Position numbers and translations under genes: made by a program. The notes below the pieces were generated by a model. That model saw nothing but the letters and a program-made list of their open reading frames with translations, was not told where the DNA came from and made no database searches. This document shows, piece after piece, positions 1-9,299 of a stretch of 64,000 nucleotides of DNA. Location of the stretch: assembly GCF_964355755.1 (NCBI RefSeq), contig NC_092675.1, positions 12,953,812 through 13,017,811 of the forward strand, read 5' to 3'. The first letter of the stretch is position 1, and each line of letters opens with the position of its first letter. This DNA is from Antedon mediterranea (lineage: Eukaryota > Animalia > Echinodermata).

Positions 1-395
1 TTAACATAAAAACACCAAAGTGCTTATAATAGCTTCAAATCGCATTTGGAGACGTTTTAGACCATTTTGTGATTTTCGAAAAAACTTGTTAACATAAAAA
101 AACCAAAGTGCTTAGAATAGCTTCAAATCGTATTTGGAGACGTTTTAGACCATTTTGAGATTTTCGAAAAAACTTGGTTACACAAAAACATCAAAGTGCT
201 TAAAATCACATTATAAACCGTTTTAGACCATTTTGAGCATTTCGATAACACTTTTCACACAAAAACATCAAAGAGCACAAAATAGCTTAATATCGTATTT
301 AAAAACGTTTTAGACCATTTTGAGCATTTCGACAAAAACTTTTTCACACAAAACACCAAAGTGCTTAGAATAGCTTCAAATCGCATTTGGAGACG

Positions 396-647
396 TTTTA
401 GACCAATTTGTGCATTTCGATGAAACTTGATTACACAAAAACATCAAAGTGCTTAAAATCACATTATAAACCGTTTTAGACCATTTTGAGCATTTCGATA
501 ACACTTTTCACACAAAAACATCAAAGAGCACAAAATAGCTTAATATCGTATTTAAAAACGTTTTAGACCATTTTGAGCATTTCGACAAAACTTTTTCACA
601 CAAAACACCAAAGTGCTTAGAATAGCTTCAAATCGCATTTGGAGACG
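396..647 (+). repeat. Example of the 252-bp three-monomer cassette (B 78 + C 87 + D 87 bp)
   Basis: B carries AAAATCACATTATAAACCG, C carries AAAGAGCACAAAATAGCTTAATATCGTATTTAAAAACG, and D carries TTTTTCACACAAAACACC. The anchor spacing 396 to 648 is 252 bp. The cassette recurs throughout, often 2-3 times in tandem. Confidence 0.93.
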
Positions 648-1910
648 TTTTAGACCAATTTGTGCATTTCGATGAAACTTGATTACACAAAAACATCAAA
701 GTGCTTAAAATCACATTATAAACCGTTTTAGACCTTTTTGAGCATTTCGATAACACTTTTCACACAAAAACATCAAAGAGCACAAAATAGCTTAATATCG
801 TATTTAAAAACGTTTTAGACCATTTTGAGCATTTAGACAAAACTTTTTCACACAAAACACCAAAGTGCTTAGAATAGCTTCAAATCGCATTTGGAGACGT
901 TTTAGACCATTTTGTGATTTTTGAAAAAACTTGTTAACATAAAAACACCAAAGTGCTTAGAATAGCTTCAAATCACATTTGGAGACGTTTTAGACCATTT
1001 TGTGATTTTCGAAAAAACTTGTTAACATAAAAACACGAAAGTGCTTAGAATAGCTTCAAATCGCATTTGGAAACGTTTTAGACCATTTTGTGATTTTCGA
1101 AAAAACTTGTTAACATAAAAACACGAAAGTGCTTAGAATCACATTATACACCGTTTTAGACCATTTTGAGCATTTCGATAACAATTTTCACACAAAAACA
1201 TCAAAGAGCACAAAATAGCTTAATATCGTATTTAAAAATGTTTTAGACCATTTTGAGCATTTAGATAAAACTTTTTCACACAAAACACCAAAGTGCTTAG
1301 AATAGCTTCAAATCGCATTTGGAGACGTTTTAGACCATTTTGTGATTTTCGAAAAAACTTGTTAACATAAAAACACGAAAGTGCTTAGAATAGCTTCAAA
1401 TCGCATTTGGAAACGTTTTAGACCATTTTGTGATTTTCGAAAAAAATTGTTAACATAAAAACACCAAAGTGTTTAGAATAGCTTCAAATCGCATTTGGAG
1501 ACGTTTTAGACCAATTTGTGATTTTCGAAAAAACTTATCAACATAAAAACACCAAAGGGTTTAGAATAGCTTCAAATCGCATTTGGAGACGTTTTAGACC
1601 ATTTTGTGATTTTGAAAAAACTTGTTAACATAAAAACACCAAAGTGCTTAGAATAGCTTCAAATCGCATTTGGAGACGTTTTAGACCATTTTGTGATTTT
1701 CGAAAAAACTTGTTAACATAAAAACACCAAAGTGCTTAGAATAGCTTCAAATCGTATTTGGAGACGTTTTAGACCATTTTGAGATTTTCGAAAAAACTTG
1801 GTTACACAAAAACATCAAAGTGCTTAAAATCACATTATAAACCGTTTTAGACCATTTTGAGCATTTCGGTAACACTTTTCACACAAAAACATCAAAGAGC
1901 ACAAAATAGC

Positions 1911-1914
1911 TTAA
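1911..1914. other. TTAA target-site duplication (left copy; right copy at 2969-2972)
   Basis: Empty paralogous sites carry a single TTAA at 48707-48710, 53199-53202 and 60975-60978. Confidence 0.96.
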
Positions 1915-1928
1915 CACTTTGACTGCCA
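1915..1928 (+). repeat. Left terminal inverted repeat CACTTTGACTGCCA
   Basis: Exact reverse complement of 2955-2968. Confidence 0.96.
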
Positions 1929-2363
1929 GAGGTTTTTCCAGTTAGAAACTGCCACCGCCAGCGTTTTTAGCCCAATTCGATGTTTTTATTAAAGCTGATT
2001 GAAACCATGTATGTGATTTGATTTATATATAATTTAGACTAAAATAATCATAAAGATTTTAGCTTTACAATGGTACCAAGAACGATTTTTAAATCGCAAT
2101 ATGTAAATTGTAATAGTAAAATGAAAGTAACCCACTTTTTGAATTTTTCGTAGTTTCGCGCAAGAAAGTCGAGATATTCGCGATTTTGTGCAAGACATCA
2201 CAATATGAAAATATCGCCCGGTGAGATCAACAAACAACGAAAAAGTTACTTACACGGCACCGATAGGCCTATAAAAACAAGTTATCACTATCGAAAAATG
2301 TATTACATTTTATAAATCATAAATCTTACATCAATGTTTCGCCAAAATCCACATAGTAAAGAC

Positions 2364-2456
2364 ACCAGGCCTAATTAACCAGGCCTAAAGTTGGTCCGGA
2401 ACCGTTTTACGACTAGGGCTAGGCTAGCCTAGTACTACTAGCCTAGGCCTAGCTAG
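2364..2456. repeat. Low-complexity AGGCCT/CTAG palindrome cluster inside the element
   Basis: ACCAGGCCTAA occurs at 2364 and 2378. There are eight CTAG in 2413-2456, and CTAGGCTAGCCTAG (2419-2432) is a 14-bp palindrome. Confidence 0.85.
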
Positions 2457-2670
2457 GAGATAGTAAACTGATGATAATAACCATACCATTTCCAAACAAG
2501 TTTGTTGCGTGAAACTCGGTCACTTTCAGTAAAACACCAAAACAATTAGGGTATACATACAATAATAAAATTAAAGACTTCATATTGAAAATGACTCCAT
2601 TACTTTTTATTCAGATAACAAACAAACATGTCAATCCACAAAAACCTTTGTAATGCTTCGGCGGCATAGC

Positions 2671-2718
2671 TAGCGCGCGACCGATACACAATGCGCCAAG
2701 CCATCGGTCTACGCGCTA
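2671..2718. other. GC/CpG-rich imperfect inverted repeat (potential hairpin) inside the element
   Basis: Arm TAGCGCG-C-GACCGAT (2671-2685) pairs with ATCGGTC-TA-CGCGCTA (2703-2718) around a 17-nt loop. Confidence 0.75.
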
Positions 2719-2889
2719 CTGTGATGCGCGGTGTTTGTTATTTCGACAGGTACCATTTTGACAGTCGTTCGTAACCAGATTAGTTACTTTCAAATTGTAA
2801 AATATTGACGGTCCAGACCGAATATAGTGTTCATATTTATAGTATATACCAATAATTAACCTATCTACCGGATTTCGTAAAAAAACGCG

Positions 2890-2964
2890 AAAAACGAAGA
2901 TCTTCGTTTTTGGCAGTCAAGCGTTGTGTTTCCAAAAATGAAGATCTTCGTGTTTGGCAGTCAA
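2890..2964. repeat. Subterminal 31-bp direct repeat x2 (44-bp period), each a palindrome plus the inner part of the TIR; likely transposase-binding module
   Basis: 2890-2920 AAAAACGAAGATCTTCGTTTTTGGCAGTCAA versus 2934-2964 AAAAATGAAGATCTTCGTGTTTGGCAGTCAA (2 mismatches). 2890-2911 is a perfect 22-bp palindrome. The function is inferred. Confidence 0.88.
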
Positions 2965-2968
2965 AGTG
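2955..2968 (-). repeat. Right terminal inverted repeat TGGCAGTCAAAGTG
   Basis: Exact reverse complement of 1915-1928, followed immediately by TTAA. Confidence 0.96.
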
Positions 2969-5900
2969 TTAATATCGTATTTAAAAACGTTTTAGACCAT
3001 TTTGAGCATTTAGACAAAACTTTTTCACACAAAACACCAAAGTGCTTAGAATAGCTTCAAATCGCATTTGGAGACGTTTTAGACCATTTTGTGCATTTCG
3101 ATGAAACTTGGTTACACAAAAACATCAAAGTGCTTAAAATCACATTATAAATCGTTTTAGACCATTTTGAGCATTTCGACAAAACTTTTTCACACAAAAT
3201 ACCAAAGTGCTTAGAATAGCTTCAAATCGCATTTGGAGACGTTTTAGACCATTTTGTGATTTTCGAAAAAACTTTTTAACATAAAAACACCAAAGTGCTT
3301 AGAATAGCTTCAAATCACATTTGGAGACGTTTTAGACCATAAGTGCTTAGAATCACATTATAAACCGTTTTAGACCATTTTGAGCATTTCGATAACAATT
3401 TTCACACAAAAACATCAAAGAGCACAAAATAGCTTAATATCGTATTTAAAAATGTTTTAGACCATTTTGAGCATTTAGATAAAACTTTTTCACACAAAAC
3501 ACCAAAGTGCTTAGAATAGCTTCAAATCGCATTTGGAGACGTTTTAGACCATTTTGTGATTTTTGAAAAAACTTGTTAACATAAAAACACCAAAGTGCTT
3601 AGAATAGCTTCAAATCACATTTGGAGACGTTTTAGACCATTTTGTGATTTTCGAAAAAACTTGTTAACATAAAAACACGAAAGTGCTTAGAATAGCTTCA
3701 AATCGCATTTGGAAACGTTTTAGACCATTTAGTGATTTTCGAAAAAACTTGTTAACATAAAAACACGAAAGTGCTTAGAATAGCTTCAAATCGCATTTGG
3801 AAACGTTTTAGACCATTTTGTGATTTTCGAAAAAAATTGTTAACATAAAAACACCAAAGTGTTTAGAATAGCTTCAAATCACATTTGGAGACGTTTTAGA
3901 CCAATTTGTGATTTTCGAAAAAACTTATCAACATAAAAACACCAAAGGGTTTAGAATAGCTTCAAATCGCATTTGGAGACGTTTTAGACCATTTTGTGAT
4001 TTTCGAAAAAACTTGTTAACATAAAAACACGAAAGTGCTTAGAATAGCTTCAAATCGCATTTGGAAACGTTTTAGACCATTTTGTGATTTTCGAAAAAAC
4101 TTGTTAACATAAAAACATGAAAGTGCTTAGAATAGCTTCAAATCGTATTTGGAGACGTTTTAGACCATTTTGTGATTTTCGAAAAAACTTGTTAACATAA
4201 AAACACCAATGTGCTTAGAATAGCTTCAAATCGCATTTTGAGACGTTTTAGACCATTTTGTGCATTTCGATGAAACTTGGTTACACAAAAACATCAAAGT
4301 GCTTAAAATCACATTATAAACCATTTTAGACCATTTTGAGCATTTCGATAACACTTTTCACACAAAAACATCAAAGAGCACAAAATAGCTTAATATCGTA
4401 TTTAAAAACGTTTCAGACCATTTTGAGCATTTCGACAAAACTTTTTCACACAAAACACCAAAGTGCTTAGAATAGCTTCAAATCGCATTTGGAGACGTTT
4501 TAGACCATTTTGTGATTTTCGAAAAAACTTGTTAACATAAAAACATCAAAGTGTACAGAATAACTTCAAATCGCATTTGGAGACCGTTTTAGGCCAATTT
4601 GTGATTTTCGAAAAAACTTGTTAACCTAAAAATACCAAAGTGTTTAGAATAGCTTCAAATCGCATTTGGAGACGTTTTAGACCATTTTGTGATTTTCGAA
4701 AAAACTTGTTAACATAAAAACACCAAAGTGCTTCAAATCGCATTTGGAGACATTTTAGACCAATTTGTGATTTTTGAAAAAACTTGTTAACATAAAAACA
4801 CCAAAGTGCTTACAATAGCTTCAAATCGTATTTGGAGACGTTTTAGACCATTTTGTGATTTTCGAAAAAACTTGTTAACATAAAAACACCAAAGTACTTA
4901 GAATAGCTTCAAATCGCATTTGGAGACGTTTTAGACCATTTTATGCATTTCGATGAAACTTGGTTACACAAAAACATCAATGTCCTTAAAATCACATTAT
5001 AATCCGTTTTAGACCATTTTGAGCATTTCGATAACACTTTTCACACAAAAACATCAAAGAGCACAAAATAGCTTAATATCGTATTTAAAAACGTTTTAGA
5101 CCATTTTGAGCATTTAGACAAAACTTTTTCACACAAAACACCAAAGTGTTTAGAATAGCTTCAAATCGCATTTGGAGACGTTTTAGACCATTTTGTGATT
5201 TTCGAAAAAACTTGTTAACATAAAAACACCAAAGTGCTTCAAATCGCATTTGAGACATTTTAGACCAATTTGTGATTTTTGAAAAAACTTGTTAACATAA
5301 AAACACCAAAGTGCTTACAATAGCTTCAAATCGTATTTGGAGACGTTTTAGACCATTTTGTGATTTTCGAAAAAACTTGTTAACATAAAAACACCAAAGT
5401 ACTTAGAATAGCTTCAAATCGCATTTGGAGACGTTTTAGACCATTTTATGCATTTCGATGAAACTTGGTTACACAAAAACATCAAAGTGCTTAAAATCAC
5501 ATTATAATCCGTTTTAGACCATTTTGAGCATTTCGATAACACTTTTCACACAAAAACATCAAAGAGCACAAAATAGCTTCAAATCGCATTTGGAGACGTT
5601 TTAGACCATTTTGTGATTTTCGAAAAAAATTGTTAACATAAAAACATCAAAGTGTACAGAATAGCTTCAAATCGCATTTGGAGACCGTTTTAGGCCAATT
5701 TGTGATTTTCGAAAAAACTTGTTAACCTAAAAATACCAAAGTGTTTATAATAGCTTCAAATCGCATTTGGAGACGTTTTAGACCAATTTGTGATTTTCGA
5801 AAAAACTTATCAACATAAAAACACCAAAGGGTTTAGAATATCTTCAAATCGCATTTGGAGACGTTTTAGACCATTTTGTGATTTTCGAAAAAACTTGTTA

Positions 5901-8900
5901 ACATAAAAACACCAAAGTGCTTAGAATAGCTTCAAATCGCATTTGGAGACGTTTTAGACCAATTTGTGATTTTCGAAAAAACTTATCAACATAAAAACAC
6001 CAAAGGGTTTAGAATAGCTTCATTTGGAGACGTTTTAGACCATTTTGTGATTTTGAAAAAACTTGTTAACATAAAAACACCAAAGTGCTTAGAATAGCTT
6101 CAAATCGCATTTGGAGACGTTTTAGACCATTTTGTGATTTTCGAAAAAACTTGTTAACATAAAAACACCAAAGTGCTTAGAATAGCTTCAAATCGTATTT
6201 GGAGACGTTTTAGACCATTTTGAGATTTTCGAAAAAACTTGGTTACACAAAAACATCAAAGTGCTTAAAGTCACATTATAAACCGTTTTAGACCATTTTG
6301 AGCATTTCGATAACACTTTTCACACAAAAACATCAAAGAGCACAAAATAGCTTAATATCGTATTTAAAAACGTTTTAGACCATTTTGAGCATTTCGACAA
6401 AACTTTTTCACACAAAACACCAAAGTGCTTAGAATAGCTTCAAATCACATTTGGAGACGTTTTAGACCATTTTGTGATTTTCGAAAAAACTTGTTAACAT
6501 AAAAACACGAAAGTGCATAGAATAGCTTCAAATCGCCTTTGGAAACGTTTTAGACCATTTTGTGATTTTCGAAAAAACTTTTTAACATAAAAACACGAAA
6601 GTGCTTAGAATCACATTATAAACCGTTTTAGACCATTTTGAGCATTTCGATAACAATTTTCACACAAAAACATCAAAGAGCACAAAATAGCTTAATATCG
6701 TATTTAAAAATGTTTTAGACCATTTTGAGCATTTAGATAAAACTTTTTCACACAAAACACCAAAGTGCTTAGAATAGCTTCAAATCGCATTTGGAGACGT
6801 TTTAGACCATTTTGTGATTTTTGAAAAAACTTGTTAACATAAAAACACCAAAGTGCTTAGAATAGCTTCAAATCACATTTGGAGATGTTTTAGACCATTT
6901 TGTGATTTTTGAAAAAACTTGTTAACATAAAAACACGAAAGTGCTTAGAATAGCTTCAAATCGCATTTGGAAACGTTTTAGACCATTTTGTGATTTTCGA
7001 AAAAGATTGTTAACATAAAAACACCAATGTGCTTAGAATCACATTATAAACCGTTTTAGACCATTTTGAGCATTTCGATAACAATTTTCACACAAAAACA
7101 TCAAAGAGCACAAAATAGCTTAATATCGTATTTATAAATGTTTTAGACCATTTTGAGCATTTCGACAAAACTTTTTCACACAAAACACCAAAGTGCTTAG
7201 AATAGCTTCAAATCGCATTTGGAGACGTTTTTTATACCATTTTGTGATTTCGATGAAACTTGATTACACAAAAACATCAAAGTGCTTAAAATCACATTAT
7301 AAACCGTTTTAGACCATTTTGAGCATTTCGATAACACTTTTCACACAAAAACATCAAAGAGCACAAAATAGCTTAATATCGTATTTAAAAACGTTTTAGA
7401 CCATTTTGAGCATTTAGACAAAACTTTTTCACACAAAACACCAAAGTGCTTAGAATAGCTTCAAATCGCATTTGGAGACGTTTTAGAACATTTTGTGTTT
7501 TTCGAAAAAAACTGTTAACATAAAAACACCAAAGTGCTTAGAATAGCTTCAAATCGCATTTGGAGACGTTTTAGAACATTTTGTGTTCTTCGAAAAAACC
7601 TGTTAACATAAAAACTCCAAAGTGCTTAGAATAGCTTCAAATCGCATTTGGAGACGTTTTAGACCATTTTGTGATTTTTGAAAAAACTTGTTAACATAAA
7701 AACACCAAAGTGCTTAGAATAGCTTCAAATCACATTTGGAGACGTTTTAGACCATTTTGTGATTTTCGAAAAAACTTGTTAACATAAAAACACGAAAGTG
7801 CTTAGAATAGCTTCAAATCGCATTTGGAAACGTTTTAGACCATTTTGTGATTTTCGAAAAAGATTGTTAACATAAAAACACCAAAGTGCTTAGAATCACA
7901 ATATAAACCGTTTTAGACCATTTTGAGCATTTCGATAACAATTTTCACACAAAAACATCAAAGAGCACAAAATAGCTTAATATCGTATTTAAAAATGTTT
8001 TAGACCATTTTGAGCATTTAGATAAAACTTTTTCACACAAAACACCAAAGTGCTTAGAATAGCTTCAAATCGCATTTGGAGACGGTTTAGACCATTTTGT
8101 GATTTTGAAAAAACTTGTTAACATAAAAACACCAAAGTGCTTAGAATAGCTTCAAATCGCATTTGGAGACGTTTTAGACCATTTTGTGATTTTCGAAAAA
8201 ACTTGTTAACATAAAAACACCAAAGTGCTTAAAATAGCTTCAAATCGTATTTGGAGACGTTTTAGACCATTTTGAGATTTTCGAAAAAACTTGGTTACAC
8301 AAAAACATCAAAGTGCTTAAAATCACATTATAAACCGTTTTAGACCATTTTGAACATTTCGATAACACTTTTCACACAAAAACATCAAAGAGCACAAAAT
8401 AGCTTAATATCGTATTTAAAAACGTTTTAGACCATTTTGAGCATTTCGACAAAACTTTTTCACACAAAACACCAAAGTGCTTAGAATAGCTTCAAATCGC
8501 ATTTGGAGACGTTTTAGACCAATTTGTGCATTTCGATGAAACTTGATTACACAAAAACATCAACGTGCTTAAAATCACATTATAAACCGTTTTAGACCAT
8601 TTTGAGCATTTCGATAACACTTTTCACACAAAAACATCAAAGAGCACAAAATAGCTTAATATCGTATTTAAAAACGTTTTAGACCATTTTGAGCATTTAG
8701 ACAAAACTTTTTCACACAAAACACCAAAGTGCTTAGAATAGCTTCAAATCGGATTTGGAGACGTTTTAGACCATTTTGTGCATTTCGATGAAACTTGGTT
8801 ACACAAAAACATCAAAGTGCTTAAAATCACATTATAAATCGTTTTAGACCAGTTTGAGCATTTCGACAAAACTTTTTCACACAAAATACCAAAGGGCTTA

Positions 8901-9299
8901 GAATAGCTTCAAATCGCATTTGGAGACGTTTTAGACCATTTTGTGATTTTCGAAAAAACTTTTTAACATAAAAACACCAAAGTGCTTAGAATAGCTTCAA
9001 ATCGCATTTGGAGACGTTTTAGACCATTTTGTGATTTTCGAAAAAACTTGTTAACATAAAAACACGAAAGTGCTTAGAATAGCTTCAAATCGCATTTGGA
9101 AACGTTTTAGACCATTTTGTGATTTTCGAAAAAAATTGTTAACATAAAAACACCAAAGTGCTTAGAATCACATTATAAACCGTTTTAGACCATTTTGAGC
9201 ATTTCGATAACAATTTTCACACAAAAACATCAAAGAGCACAAAATAGCTTAATATCGTATTTAAAAATGTTTTAGACCATTTTGAGCATTTAGATAAAA

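Larger units (their letters stand above)
1..1914 (+). repeat. Tandem satellite array (88-bp monomer family with 78/87-bp variants), left of the transposon; runs off the window edge
   Basis: The anchor TTTTAGACC recurs at 55, 143, 221, 308, 396, 474, 561 and 648 (spacings 88, 78, 87, 88, 78, 87, 87). Confidence 0.98.
1915..2968. mobile_element. Non-autonomous piggyBac-like DNA transposon (1054 bp; MITE or deletion derivative)
   Basis: TTAA flanks it at 1911-1914 and 2969-2972. Removing the element plus one TTAA restores the normal monomer C sequence AAAATAGC-TTAA-TATCGTAT. It has perfect 14-bp TIRs, CAC...GTG termini and no transposase-length ORF. A TTAA duplication with C...G termini fits piggyBac; Kolobok also targets TTAA but has RR...YY termini. 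Confidence 0.92.

Noticed and set aside
72-90. CENP-B box-like TTCG....A motif
   Set aside because: The required CGGG half of TTCG-NNNN-A-NN-CGGG is missing.
2034-2237. 67-aa minus-strand ORF inside the transposon
   Set aside because: It is short, with no recognisable piggyBac DDD core or cysteine-rich domain motif. A BLASTX of the element would settle whether any transposase remnant remains.
1985-2253. Minus-strand AATAAA (1985-1990) and GTAAGT splice-donor-like hexamer (2248-2253) in the element
   Set aside because: Both fit a minus-strand orientation, but such hexamers are expected by chance in AT-rich DNA and no transcript evidence is available.
1915-2968. Assignment to CACTA, Tc1/mariner or Kolobok
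   Set aside because: The terminus is CACTT rather than CACTA/CACTG, and the empty site shows a 4-bp TTAA duplication rather than 2-3 bp or TA. The C...G termini do not match Kolobok RR...YY.
6081-6168. tRNA, 5S or spliced-leader RNA gene array, or a named satellite family
   Set aside because: I saw no cloverleaf, Pol III A/B boxes or other recognisable RNA-gene motif. I do not recognise the monomer or the host species.
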